Positions 26,786 through 37,167 are shown, counted from the first letter of the stretch. The stretch is DNA of 43,997 nt from an uncultured Muribaculaceae bacterium (GCA_964502485.1 CAZCXB010000001.1:1-43997), one strand, 5' to 3'. Program-made: numbers and translations. The notes: generated by a model not told the origin, from the letters alone.

Positions 26786-29700
26786 CTAAAGAGGGACCTT
26801 TACAATAAAAGCTGCGCCCCCTAATTTTTGCGATCTTTCGTAGTGAATAGAGCCCTGACTCTGCTCCATTATCCTTCTGCATATTGCAAGTCCCAGGCCG
26901 GTCCCTCCGCTCTTTGTAGTAAAGTTTGGTTTAAATAGCCTGTGGGTAAGACTCTCCGCAACTCCGGTGCCGCTATCCTGAACAGTAATAATATAGTTAG
27001 AGTCATCTTTTTCGAGTGTAATCAGAATGGTTCCGCAATCCAACTGCTCTACAGCCTGAACAGCGTTAGAGAATAGATTGACCAGAACTCTTGTAAGCTG
27101 TGTCTTTCTTGCCATTACAAAAGCATTCTTAATACCGCTTTCAAAAGAGAGCAATATGTTGTCCCTGGTATTAAAGAGAATAAGCTGCTCCCTTATAAGG
27201 GTATTGAGATCAAACTCACTAAGCTCTTCGGAGTAGAAGCGAGAGAAGCTAGAGAACTCACCGGCAGCCTCTGAGAGGATATCTATCTGTTCAATCAGTG
27301 AATTTGCAAGAGCATCAAATCTTTTTGGCCAATCCTCTACTCCATGCTCCTTCATCCTCATAAGATGCTGAATGCTAAGCCTCATAGGGGTGAGAGGATT
27401 CTTTATCTCGTGCGCTATCTGCCTCGCCATCTCCCTCCAGGCTTGCTCTCTTTCACTTGCCGCAAGCCTTCTTGTACTCTCATTTACATCATCTACCATC
27501 TTATTATAGGCAGATACCAGAGTCCCAAGTTCATCTCTGTTTGTATAGTTGATATGCTCCGGTTGCTGGGAGATATCGAGTAACTGCATTTTTCGGCTTA
27601 TCTCAGCAAGTGGTTTAGAGATGGAGTTGGATAGTACAACTCCTCCGAAAACAGCAGCAAGGATAAGGAGTAGATAGATATTTATAATTGCGGCAATAAT
27701 TGATGATGCATCTTTACGGAAATCGCTCTGTCTCGAGAAATATGGTATATTGACAATGGCAATAAGCCTACCCTCTACATTGAAAAGAGGTGCATAAAGA
27801 GAGTAGAAGGTCAAATCACCTATGCTCTCCCTGTTGACAAACTGCTTTTTGTTATTGTGTACAATCTCCCTGTATGCTACAGGGTTCATTCTTGTGCCGG
27901 AGAGAAATCTGTCAAAGATCTCGGTTCTTGTGGTGCGTAACAGAAGGCCGTCAGAGCTATAGACGTTTATATCAATCTGAGCTGTTCCTGAGAGCCGGTT
28001 CATTGCCTCAAGCAGTTTTAGATTATTAAAAACCGGGTCGTTATAACGCTGAGCTAGCCGACTGTAGTATGAGAGTGTGCTCTGAACCGAGGACATCTTC
28101 TCCTCCATCTGCTCCCTGTTGTTCTCGTCAAAATACCTTATTGAGAACCATACACTCCCTGTACCCATTGCAAGTAGAGCGAATACTAAAGATGAGATAA
28201 TCAGAACAGATATCTTCCATCTGAAAGAGTTTCGGGGAACATTATAGAGATAATCTTTCTGACGGATTCTTATAAAACCTAAAATTATCAAAGAGTAGAA
28301 GAGCATAAGGTAGGAGAAGGAGACTATATAAGGGAAGATATCTCTTGCAGGTCTTGATATTATTATCAGGTTCTCAGAAGATATTTTATGGATAAAGTGT
28401 ATATATCCATCCTCCCTTTCGCTTTTGTATCCTATTTCATAATCTCTTCCTGTTGTAATGGGGTAATTATACCTCCCTCCATAGGATATAAGCCTGTCGT
28501 TCAAATATTTTCCATAGGAATACCCGGATGGAATATTGTAAGTATCCAGCTTTTTATGGTCGAGAAGCATATCGGGATAACCTATAGACTCTCGCATAAA
28601 CTTACTGTCAAATTCAATATAAAGACGAATCTCCTCTCCAAAATATCTGTACGAAAAGAGTCCTAAGTAGCTTATTCTGCCGTTATAGTTATTCATAAAG
28701 AAGAAACGGGAGTTCTCACCCAACTGCATTCCGTAACGGTATAGCTCCTGTTCGTAAAACTTATTGCAATTTACCTGTGGGGCATCCTGGTTTGAGATAT
28801 CCGGGATAAGCATAGATCGAGTTGCACAGATTGTAAGTCTCATATCATATCTTTGGAGAATGCTCCAAAAATAGGCCTCTGTAAGTCTGTTGTTTATAAG
28901 TTCGAGACTCTGGTTTAAAGATAATGGAACCCACAACCCTAAGATAGGGTCATTCTCAATATACTTCTCAAGAGCTCTCAGCTGTAACTCCATTGTAAGA
29001 TCTCTCTCTACAGACATCTTTGTTGTCCAGACCCTGTTTCTGTTAAACTCCTTTTGGTATCCGTAAAAACTTACTGTTAAAAGAGTATATAGAGATATAA
29101 CTGATATAAAGAGGGTCAGGGCTCGTCTCTCAAAAAAAGAGAAGCGTCTCTCTCTTGTGACAAATGGTCTGGTCAGCTGTAGTGAGAAGAGCAGAGATAT
29201 AAATAGCAGACCGTAACTTATATAAACAATAAGAGAGTAGATGGATATCTCATCAATCTTATAGAGCTCCATAACTATATTGGAGTTTAATATAAGTGAA
29301 CGTATGCTGTAGTGTATATAGGGGATTATTACAAGCGGAAGGGCAAAAAAGATGGATGATGCTGCAAATCTTTTAGTTTTTGATGACTTAAGAGCAAAGA
29401 GAGCCACTCTCCTTCTAACCATAAACAGAGCTGCAACTAAAAAAAAGAGCAGCAGATTATTTATTAGAAGATCGGCTAATGAGTTAAAAAGCCCCGAATC
29501 TGCATATAGGTTTGGAGAGAATATCTCCATCTCTCCCTGCATCTCTTTTGCCTGAGAAAGGGCTACAAACCTGATAAGTATAAGCCCGGCCGTAGTGGCA
29601 AAAAAAGATTTCATATCCCTTTTGATCTGCAGGTTTGAGAAGAGAGCCAATATAACAAAGAAGATTGCGACCCATCTTAGTGTTACTCCGGTCTCGCCTG

Positions 29701-30358
29701 CTTTAGATGGAAGAGTTTTGAGAACAGAGAAGAGAACGCCTCCATCTTTCCCGTGAATAATATAGGATTCGTCATAGGTGACCGGAACAATGGAGAGCTG
29801 CCTTCTAAGAGAGAAATTGGGATTAATCTTATTGCTAAGTATACTGTTTTCGGTCGGGAAATCTGTCTGAACAAGGAGTGCTGAGACCAGAGTCTGGTTA
29901 CCCTTTACATAAATATTTACGATATACCATGCCGACCCTAAACTGACATACTGCTCTACAAGCCCCAAATATGCGAGAGGTGTATTGGTAACTACTCTGC
30001 TGTTAAGGTGGTTAATTCTATAGTCAAAAGTAAAAAAATCTATATCGTCATTTGCAATCGGGAGCTGGTTTATCCAGCTTGATAGGGTGTCATTAAAGTA
30101 TCGGTAGATTACCATATCCTCCGGCAAAGGGGGATCAAACGATACAAACTCACTCTCCGGGGAGCTGAGTGTCTTTTCGGCATACTTTTCTAGTATCTCC
30201 TGACGTTTATGGATGAGATTCTCAAGTCTTTCGACCTCCCTATCCATAGAGCCTGTCGAGGAGAATTCAAGAAAAGATGCGATGGTGGCTAGCACTGCCA
30301 CTATCCACAAAACAAAAGTTCTCCTTTTAAATATATCTTTAAAATCAATTTTTACCAT
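26786..30358 (-). CDS. Large multi-TM sensor histidine kinase (HAMP-HisKA-HATPase; NtrY-like)
   Basis: HAMP (ISKPL...RDELGTL...YNKM), H-box EMARQIAHEIKNPLTP, N-box NLFSNA, DSGTG, FKPNFTTK, GTGLGL. Confidence 0.93.
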   Translation of the reverse strand: MVKIDFKDIFKRRTFVLWIVAVLATIASFLEFSSTGSMDREVERLENLIHKRQEILEKYAEKTLSSPESEFVSFDPPLPEDMVIYRYFNDTLSSWINQLPIANDDIDFFTFDYRINHLNSRVVTNTPLAYLGLVEQYVSLGSAWYIVNIYVKGNQTLVSALLVQTDFPTENSILSNKINPNFSLRRQLSIVPVTYDESYIIHGKDGGVLFSVLKTLPSKAGETGVTLRWVAIFFVILALFSNLQIKRDMKSFFATTAGLILIRFVALSQAKEMQGEMEIFSPNLYADSGLFNSLADLLINNLLLFFLVAALFMVRRRVALFALKSSKTKRFAASSIFFALPLVIIPYIHYSIRSLILNSNIVMELYKIDEISIYSLIVYISYGLLFISLLFSLQLTRPFVTRERRFSFFERRALTLFISVISLYTLLTVSFYGYQKEFNRNRVWTTKMSVERDLTMELQLRALEKYIENDPILGLWVPLSLNQSLELINNRLTEAYFWSILQRYDMRLTICATRSMLIPDISNQDAPQVNCNKFYEQELYRYGMQLGENSRFFFMNNYNGRISYLGLFSYRYFGEEIRLYIEFDSKFMRESIGYPDMLLDHKKLDTYNIPSGYSYGKYLNDRLISYGGRYNYPITTGRDYEIGYKSEREDGYIHFIHKISSENLIIISRPARDIFPYIVSFSYLMLFYSLIILGFIRIRQKDYLYNVPRNSFRWKISVLIISSLVFALLAMGTGSVWFSIRYFDENNREQMEEKMSSVQSTLSYYSRLAQRYNDPVFNNLKLLEAMNRLSGTAQIDINVYSSDGLLLRTTRTEIFDRFLSGTRMNPVAYREIVHNNKKQFVNRESIGDLTFYSLYAPLFNVEGRLIAIVNIPYFSRQSDFRKDASSIIAAIINIYLLLILAAVFGGVVLSNSISKPLAEISRKMQLLDISQQPEHINYTNRDELGTLVSAYNKMVDDVNESTRRLAASEREQAWREMARQIAHEIKNPLTPMRLSIQHLMRMKEHGVEDWPKRFDALANSLIEQIDILSEAAGEFSSFSRFYSEELSEFDLNTLIREQLILFNTRDNILLSFESGIKNAFVMARKTQLTRVLVNLFSNAVQAVEQLDCGTILITLEKDDSNYIITVQDSGTGVAESLTHRLFKPNFTTKSGGTGLGLAICRRIMEQSQGSIHYERSQKLGGAAFIVKVPL

Positions 30359-30832
30359 CTATCTGTTGTGATACGGCTCCCCCTTAAGAATGGTGAAAGC
30401 CCTGTAAAGTTGTTCCAAGAAAATAACCCTTACCATTTGGTGTGAGAATGTCATTTTAGAGAGAGAGAACTTATCGTTTGATCTGGAGTAGACAGCATCC
30501 GAGAATCCGTATGCACCTCCAACAGAGAAGACAACCCGCTTTACTCCTGACACTCTAAGCCTCTCTATCCTTGATGCGAACTCTTCCGAATTTCCAAGCT
30601 CTCCCCTCTCATCAAGAAGAATAAGATAATCTCCATCTTTGAGGGCCTTGAGAATCAACTCTCCCTCCCTCTCCTTTATCTGTTTTTTACTAAGTACCGA
30701 TACATTCCGAATGTCGGGGATCTCTCTTTTTGAATATGATACATAGTGTTTGAGCCTCTCTTCGTAAAGAGAGATGCCCTCTCTAAGATAGGGGGTGTCT
30801 GTTTTTCCTATAACGAGCAACTCTATCTTCAT
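30359..30832 (-). CDS. rlmH: 23S rRNA (pseudouridine1915-N3)-methyltransferase
   Basis: MKIELLVIGKT, LLDERG, GGAYG, SLSKMTFSHQMVR...EQLYRA...GEPYH. Start 30832 or 30835. Confidence 0.96.
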   Translation of the reverse strand: MKIELLVIGKTDTPYLREGISLYEERLKHYVSYSKREIPDIRNVSVLSKKQIKEREGELILKALKDGDYLILLDERGELGNSEEFASRIERLRVSGVKRVVFSVGGAYGFSDAVYSRSNDKFSLSKMTFSHQMVRVIFLEQLYRAFTILKGEPYHNR

Positions 30833-30837
30833 CATCA

Positions 30838-30845
30838 CAAAATTA
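30838..30845 (-). promoter_or_regulatory. -7 promoter box for rlmH-kinase
   Basis: CAAAATTA = TAATTTTG on the minus strand. Confidence 0.55.
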
Positions 30846-30940
30846 CAATTAATTTGAGATATTCCGGAGATTTGTATTAATTTTATGGTTTATCGAGTGG
30901 CTTGATTTTTGCTTTTATCTACAAAATGTGGATTAATGAT

Positions 30941-31354
30941 ATGATGAAAAGGATTATTACAGCTCTTATTCTCTCTATCTCCGGTATTGCAGCTGTCTTT
31001 GCACAGCCTGCACAAAATCAGCCTAATGGACAGGATGTATTTGTGCCGATTGCAAAATATATCCAAAACGGAGATGCCGAGAGGCTGGCAGTTTGGTTCG
31101 CCCCAAATCTTGAAATTGATATATTAGGGACTAATAATGTTTGCAGCAGGCAGCAGGCTAAGCAGATATTAAAAGAGTTCTTTGTAGAGTACTCTCCTAA
31201 GAGTTTTACTATTCAGTACCGTAGCGGTAAACCTCCCATGAAATACGCTGTTGGCAATCTTAATGCCGGGGGTAGTAAGTTTCGTGTAACACTGTTTGTA
31301 AAGACACAGCAGGATGGTAATTTTATTCAGCAGCTCCGTATTGAGAAAGAGTAA
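30941..31354 (+). CDS. Secreted small protein, DUF4783-like
   Basis: Signal peptide ending AVFA; IQNGDAERLA..F, SRQQAKQILKEFF, IQQLRIE. Confidence 0.75.
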   Translation: MMKRIITALILSISGIAAVFAQPAQNQPNGQDVFVPIAKYIQNGDAERLAVWFAPNLEIDILGTNNVCSRQQAKQILKEFFVEYSPKSFTIQYRSGKPPMKYAVGNLNAGGSKFRVTLFVKTQQDGNFIQQLRIEKE

Positions 31355-31386
31355 TCAACTTATAGGAGTTCTAAACATCTTATCTG

Positions 31387-32550
31387 TTAACGGAAAACCG
31401 GTTTTGCAAATGCAATAACATCATCTTTTGTTATTATATTGTTGCTTAGAATCATAAGTCTCTCAACAACATTTCTCAGCTCCCTTATATTCCCTGTCCA
31501 TTTATATCCGGTAAGCTCATCCAGTGCACTCTGCTCAATAGTTCGCGCAGGCATACCTGTCTCCTGAGAGATCTGGTTAAGAAAGTGTGCGACTAACAGG
31601 GATATATCCTCCCTTCTGTCACATAACGGCGGTACATGCATAACTATCACACTTAGTCGGTGAAAGAGGTCCTCACGGAATGTGCCTCTCTCTATCTCAT
31701 CGGTCAGGTTCTTATTTGTTGCGGCTATAACCCTCACTTTTACATTTATATCCTTATCACTGCCAACTCGGCTTATCCTATTCTCCTGCAATACTCTCAA
31801 AACTTTTGCCTGAGCTGCAAGACTCATATCTCCAATCTCATCCAGGAAAAGAGTTCCTCCGTCTGCCTGCTCAAACTTACCTTTATGCTGTTTAACAGCA
31901 GAGGTAAAAGCACCCTTCTCATGACCAAAAAGCTCACTCTCTATAAGCTCTCCCGGAATAGCTGCACAGTTTACCTCAACAAAAGGCATGGTATTCCTAT
32001 TGCTTTTTTCATGAAGCCATCTAGCTACCAGCTCTTTGCCGGTACCATTGGAACCTGTTATCAATACCCTTGCCTCTGTTGGTGCAACCCTCTCTATCAT
32101 CTCCTTGATTCTTGTTATAGCTGGAGATACTCCAACAATTTCGGGTATCTTTGCCACTCTTTTTTTAAGAATCTTTGTCTCCTTAACAAGGTTGGTCCTG
32201 TCAGTGGCGTTTCTCAGAGTTATCAATATCCTGTTAAGATCCAGTGGTTTTTGGATAAAATCAAAAGCTCCCCGCTTGATGCAATCTACAGCAGAGTCAA
32301 TCGAGCCGTGTCCGGAGATCATTATGACGGATGAGTCGATATTTGCCTCGTTAAGCTTGTCTAAAAGCTCCATACCATCCATGTTGGGCATCTTGATATC
32401 AGAAAAGATTACATCATAACTCCCTGCTGTAGCCAAGGCAAGCCCCTCTACCCCATCTGCTGCAAGGGATACCTCATGTCCTTCGAATTCAAGTATCTCC
32501 TTGAGTGTGTTTCTAATGGATCTCTCGTCGTCTATAATAAGAAGTTTCAT
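31387..32550 (-). CDS. Receiver + sigma54-activator AAA+ response regulator (NtrX-like), no C-terminal HTH
   Basis: IIDDE, DIKMP, SGHG; GSNGTGKELVA, ESELFGHEKGAFTSA, LFLDEIGD, FREDLFHRL, WTGNIRELRN. Confidence 0.93.
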   Translation of the reverse strand: MKLLIIDDERSIRNTLKEILEFEGHEVSLAADGVEGLALATAGSYDVIFSDIKMPNMDGMELLDKLNEANIDSSVIMISGHGSIDSAVDCIKRGAFDFIQKPLDLNRILITLRNATDRTNLVKETKILKKRVAKIPEIVGVSPAITRIKEMIERVAPTEARVLITGSNGTGKELVARWLHEKSNRNTMPFVEVNCAAIPGELIESELFGHEKGAFTSAVKQHKGKFEQADGGTLFLDEIGDMSLAAQAKVLRVLQENRISRVGSDKDINVKVRVIAATNKNLTDEIERGTFREDLFHRLSVIVMHVPPLCDRREDISLLVAHFLNQISQETGMPARTIEQSALDELTGYKWTGNIRELRNVVERLMILSNNIITKDDVIAFAKPVFR

Positions 32551-32570
32551 TTTTTCGGCTATTTCAGATA

Positions 32571-33494
32571 TTAATAATTTGTCATTGATGCGGCAACCTC
32601 TGCCATATAACCCTCTTTAAGGGAGTAAGAAGATTGGTAAAGCTCGGTAATTCCAAGTTTTGTTATGACATACTCAGCAAAAATGCTGCCTAAAACCATA
32701 TAGTCAACCCTCATCGGAGACATTCCGGCCATCTTTATCCTCTCATCCCTGGTTGAGCGTAGTAATCTTTGGTGCAGATCAAAGAAAGAGTCAAGTGGCA
32801 GCTCCATTGCCGGTAGCTCTCCGCTATCTCCGGGGAATATAAGCTCCCTGAGTGTATCAAAAGAGCCTGATGAGCCTATCAGCAATTTTGGTCTATATAT
32901 AGATGCCTGATGGATAAGAGTCTCGAGAGATTTGTCAAGGTAGCTCTTATATTGGTCAATCTGCTCCCGGGTAATAGGGTCTGAGGGATTTATCAACTCC
33001 TTTATCCTTATTACCCCCAAGGGGTAGCTCATCTTCCAGTAGATCTCACTCTTATCGGCTATAATAAACTCGTTACTTCCACCACCTATATCCAGAACAA
33101 GCACCTTCTCATTATAGAGAAGCAATGACTCCCTGACCCCTTTGTAGATAAGCTCTGCCTCCCTCTCTCCCGATATTATCTCTACATCTATTCCGTACCG
33201 ACTTCTGAGATTCTCTGCAAACTCCTCTCCGTTGGAGGCATCTCTAATTGCAGATGTTGCAAAGGCCTTTACTACTGTTGCACCTCCCTGCTGATTGAGT
33301 ATCTCGGTAAGATTATCCATCGCTTCAATAGAGGAGTCAATCGCATCCTTTGTTAGATATCCATTTTTGAATCCACCTTTTCCTATATGAGAACCTCTCT
33401 GTATTACCTTTAATATACTACACTCATCTTTTGAAACCCGGGCAATTAGAAGATTGAAAACATTTGTGCCAAGGTCAAAAACAGCTATTACCAT
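32571..33494 (-). CDS. ppx: Ppx/GppA family exopolyphosphatase (short form)
   Basis: DLGTN, ATSAIRDASN, ISGEREA, DIGGGSNE, SLKEG. Confidence 0.9.
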   Translation of the reverse strand: MVIAVFDLGTNVFNLLIARVSKDECSILKVIQRGSHIGKGGFKNGYLTKDAIDSSIEAMDNLTEILNQQGGATVVKAFATSAIRDASNGEEFAENLRSRYGIDVEIISGEREAELIYKGVRESLLLYNEKVLVLDIGGGSNEFIIADKSEIYWKMSYPLGVIRIKELINPSDPITREQIDQYKSYLDKSLETLIHQASIYRPKLLIGSSGSFDTLRELIFPGDSGELPAMELPLDSFFDLHQRLLRSTRDERIKMAGMSPMRVDYMVLGSIFAEYVITKLGITELYQSSYSLKEGYMAEVAASMTNY

Positions 33495-33508
33495 CTCAAA
33501 AATTTTTA

Positions 33509-33537
33509 CAAAGATAATCCTTTTTTATGTATGTTTG
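33509..33537. promoter_or_regulatory. Back-to-back -7 promoter boxes for ppx (minus) and cmk (plus)
   Basis: CAAAGATA 33509-33516 (TATCTTTG on minus) and TATGTTTG 33530-33537 on plus. Confidence 0.68.
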
Positions 33538-33550
33538 TTTTTATAAAAGT

Positions 33551-34246
33551 ATGATAAAAAGAGATATTATTATTGCTGTTGACGGCCACTCGTCCACAGG
33601 AAAAAGCACTTTTGCAAAGGCAATTGCGCAAAAATACGGGCTTATCTATGTAGATACCGGAGCTCTCTACAGAGGAGTTACCCTCGCCTCTGTCAGAGGT
33701 GGGATTACAACATTCAATGACCCTTCCGATATAGAGCGGCTGGAGATACTTATGTCAAAAACAGAGCTTACTTTCAAACCCACCGGAGAGGGTGGTGCAA
33801 GCGAACTATGGTTAGGCGATGAGAATATAGAGAGAGAGATCAGGAGTCTTGAGATCTCCGGAAAGGTTAGTATCTATGCCTCTCTCCCTTCGGTAAGAGG
33901 ATACGTTGATTCGATACTTAAAGGTTACGGAGTGAGAAGAGGTGTTGTTATGGATGGCAGGGATATTGGGACTGTTGTCTTTCCCGATGCCGATCTTAAG
34001 ATATTTATGACAGCCGATGCCCGTATAAGAGCGCAAAGAAGATGTAACGAGATGACATTAAGAGGAGATGAGGCAGATTTTGAAGAGGTGTTAAAAAATG
34101 TCAATGAGAGGGATTTTATGGATGAGAACAGGGAGAGTGCCCCTCTGAGAAGGGCTGATGATGCTCTCTTTTTAGACAACAGTTATATGACTCATGAAGA
34201 TCAGATGGTATGGATAGAGAAGATTATATCCCAAAAATGGGGCTAA
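33551..34246 (+). CDS. cmk: Cytidylate kinase
   Basis: IAVDGHSSTGKST, DTGALYR, MDGRDIGTVVFPDA, RDFMD..R..APL. Confidence 0.96.
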   Translation: MIKRDIIIAVDGHSSTGKSTFAKAIAQKYGLIYVDTGALYRGVTLASVRGGITTFNDPSDIERLEILMSKTELTFKPTGEGGASELWLGDENIEREIRSLEISGKVSIYASLPSVRGYVDSILKGYGVRRGVVMDGRDIGTVVFPDADLKIFMTADARIRAQRRCNEMTLRGDEADFEEVLKNVNERDFMDENRESAPLRRADDALFLDNSYMTHEDQMVWIEKIISQKWG

Positions 34247-35112
34247 TTGTTGAGGTTGACAGCAAATCCGGGTTCTGTTACGGAGTCATCAGAGCTGTAA
34301 GAGTGGCCGAAAACTACCTAAAGGAGAACAAACACATCTACTCTCTTGGTGCAATTGTCCATAACGATACTGAGTTAGCCAGGCTTAATGCTTTAGGCAT
34401 GAATATAATCCAACACTCAGATATTGACAGAATCGAGAACACCAGCCTCTTTATCAGGGCCCACGGAGAACCCCCGTCAACTTATAAAAAAGCTGCCGAA
34501 AGAGGTCTGATGGTAATGGATTGCACATGTCCTGTCGTTCTTAAACTTCAGGAGAGGATCAGAAAGGGTTACCGGAAGGTTAAGGAGAGAGGAGGAACAC
34601 TGCTGATTTACGGAAAAAAGGGGCATGCAGAGGTTAATGGTCTTATCGGACAGGTTGGTGGAGATGCTGTGATAATTGAGAGTGAAAAGGACCTCGAGTG
34701 TGTAGATTTCAAAAAAGCAGTTACAATATTCTCTCAGACTACCATGGATACTTCTCACTACTCATCCATTATCTCCTCTATTAAAAGAAGAGTTTCAGAA
34801 GCAGACGGTGATCCCGAAAATTTTGAATATCACAATACTATTTGCCGCCAGGTATCCTCCAGACATCCTCATTTAAGACTCTATTGCACTAAACACGACG
34901 TAATTATATTTGTCAGCGGAGGTGAGAGCTCTAACGGGAAGATACTATTTGAGACATGTCGTTCAGTCAACTCCAGAGCATACAAGATTGAGAGTAGTAA
35001 AAATCTGGATAGCTCATGGTTTAATCCCGGCGAAACTGTAGGAGTCTGCGGAGCAACTTCAACACCTATGTGGCAACTGAACGAAATTGCCGAGATTATC
35101 CGAAACTATTGA
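34237..35112 (+). CDS. ispH: 4-hydroxy-3-methylbut-2-enyl diphosphate reductase
   Basis: GFCYGV, IVHN, IRAHG, DCTCPVV, GHAEV, SQTT, TIC, SSN, GATSTP; three Fe-S cysteines. ATG 34237. Confidence 0.95.
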   Translation: MGLIVEVDSKSGFCYGVIRAVRVAENYLKENKHIYSLGAIVHNDTELARLNALGMNIIQHSDIDRIENTSLFIRAHGEPPSTYKKAAERGLMVMDCTCPVVLKLQERIRKGYRKVKERGGTLLIYGKKGHAEVNGLIGQVGGDAVIIESEKDLECVDFKKAVTIFSQTTMDTSHYSSIISSIKRRVSEADGDPENFEYHNTICRQVSSRHPHLRLYCTKHDVIIFVSGGESSNGKILFETCRSVNSRAYKIESSKNLDSSWFNPGETVGVCGATSTPMWQLNEIAEIIRNY

Positions 35113-35148
35113 TTTAATAATAATTATACCTATAATCTGCTAAGAATA

Positions 35149-37146
35149 ATGGTGGAGACTACACTCTATGCCAAGGTTATCCTACCACTTCGTCTTTCGA
35201 TGGATGTAAGCTATATTGTTCCCGCACATCTTACGAATTCCGTTCTACGCGGCTCTTATGTAAGGGTCCTCTTCTCAGGCAGAATCTATACCGCAACTGT
35301 TCTCTCAGTCTCATCAGAATCTCCCGGTCAAAATGTTGTATGCAAGGAGATTGAAGGAGTAGAGATGCTGCCTCCTGCTTCAGAAAATGAACTTGAGCTG
35401 TGGAGCTGGATCTCAAGTTACTATATGTGTACCTTGGGAGAGGTTTTTAGCGCAGCACTACCCTCTCCTGTTGCCAAGGGGGTAAAAAAAAGGGTTGGAA
35501 AGGGGAACTCAGAGGTGAGTAAGTCAGAGACTCCCGACTCATTAACGCCCGAACAGAGTGAGGTTTTCCGACAGATATCAGATAATTTAGGAGAGAGAAT
35601 ACCCTCTCTTCTTAAAGGTGTTACCGGATCAGGTAAGACCGAGATATATATTCAACTTGCCTTTGAAACTCTCGGCAGAGGTGAGAGTGTTCTGTTTATG
35701 GTGCCCGAGATAGCTCTTAGCAGACAACTGCAACAGAGGTTGGAGCGCTTTTTTGGCAATAAGCTGGTAGTTTACCACTCCGGCCAGACTCCTGCCCAAA
35801 GGAGAGATGCATATGAGAGGATAAAGTCAGATAGTGAACCTTCAATAACTCTTGGGCTCAGATCATCGGTCTTTCTCCCTTTCCATTCGCTTGGGCTTGT
35901 TATTATTGACGAAGAGCACGACACCTCTTATAAGCAGAGTGAACCATCTCCAAGGTATAACGGAAGAGACACTGCCCTGATGCTTGCCAGGATTCATAAA
36001 GCCGGTGTTGTAATGGGATCGGCAACACCCTCTCTGGAGAGTATATACAACTGCTTTACAGGAAGATATTCTCTGGTTGAGCTCAACAACAGATATTACG
36101 GAGAGGAGAACCCGACGGTAGAGATAGTTGATACAATAAGAGAACAAAAAAGAGGACGAATGGAGGGGCTCTTCTCATCCTCTGTGCTCGAAGCTATAAG
36201 GGGACGAATTGCAAAGGGGGAGCAGACCCTTATTTTCCGCAACAGAAGGTCTTACTCCCCTATGATTCAATGTATCTATTGCGGAGACATACCTGGTTGT
36301 ATCAACTGTAATGCTGCAATGAGCTATCACAAGGGTAAGGCTCTTGTTCAGTGTCACTATTGCGGCTATAACAGACGGTTTACAACTATATGTACAAAAT
36401 GCGGAAAACCGGGGCTTAAGGAGAGAGGCTGCGGTACAGAGATGATTGAGGAGCAGATAAAAGAGTTGATTCCGGAGGCAAGGGTTGCCAGATTCGATGC
36501 CGAGACAACTGCAAAAAAAAGTGAGATAAGAAGAATTCTGGGTGAATTCTCACAAAACAAGAGAGATATCTTAGTAGGGACACAGATGATAAGTAAGGGG
36601 TTTGACTTTGAAAACCTTACTCTTATAGTTCTTATTCAGGCAGATGCTATGTTTGCAGCAGAAGATTTCCGTGCAGGAGAGAGGGCATTACAGATGCTTG
36701 TACAGTTGGCAGGTCGAGGAGGAAGAAGACATAGCAGAGGGCATATTATTGTTCAAACATCTCAGCCCGAGAATAGAGTCTATAAACAGTTCTCAATTGG
36801 TGATAACAACTATTCCGGGGAGCTTGAAGAGAGGGGAGAGTTCGGTTATCCACCATTCTCAAGGATGATTAAGATAATTGTAAAAGGGAGAGATAGGGAG
36901 GCTTTGAATATATTTGCATCAGAGATCTCGTCAATGCTTACTGCTTCAGGTATTAGCGACCACTCCGCTCCTTTCCCTCCACCTGTGGATAGACAGATGG
37001 GTGAGCATATCCTGTATATATGGATGAAGCTTCAAAGAAACAGTGATCTTACTGCAATCAAAGGAAGAGTTATCGATGGAGTTGAGTTGTTGATAAAAGA
37101 GAGAGGCAAAGGCATTAAAGTTCAATTTGATGTGGATCCTCAATAA
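35149..37146 (+). CDS. priA: Primosomal protein N' (replication restart helicase)
   Basis: GVTGSGKTE, PEIAL, DEEH, SATPS, four CxxC motifs, GTQMISKGFDF, QLAGRGGR, terminal DVDP. Confidence 0.96.
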   Translation: MVETTLYAKVILPLRLSMDVSYIVPAHLTNSVLRGSYVRVLFSGRIYTATVLSVSSESPGQNVVCKEIEGVEMLPPASENELELWSWISSYYMCTLGEVFSAALPSPVAKGVKKRVGKGNSEVSKSETPDSLTPEQSEVFRQISDNLGERIPSLLKGVTGSGKTEIYIQLAFETLGRGESVLFMVPEIALSRQLQQRLERFFGNKLVVYHSGQTPAQRRDAYERIKSDSEPSITLGLRSSVFLPFHSLGLVIIDEEHDTSYKQSEPSPRYNGRDTALMLARIHKAGVVMGSATPSLESIYNCFTGRYSLVELNNRYYGEENPTVEIVDTIREQKRGRMEGLFSSSVLEAIRGRIAKGEQTLIFRNRRSYSPMIQCIYCGDIPGCINCNAAMSYHKGKALVQCHYCGYNRRFTTICTKCGKPGLKERGCGTEMIEEQIKELIPEARVARFDAETTAKKSEIRRILGEFSQNKRDILVGTQMISKGFDFENLTLIVLIQADAMFAAEDFRAGERALQMLVQLAGRGGRRHSRGHIIVQTSQPENRVYKQFSIGDNNYSGELEERGEFGYPPFSRMIKIIVKGRDREALNIFASEISSMLTASGISDHSAPFPPPVDRQMGEHILYIWMKLQRNSDLTAIKGRVIDGVELLIKERGKGIKVQFDVDPQ

Positions 37147-37167
37147 CTCTTTTTGAATATGGGTTAC

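Noticed and set aside
31660..32334. 224-aa plus-strand ORF
   Set aside because: Antisense to the conserved AAA+ domain; no independent coding signal.
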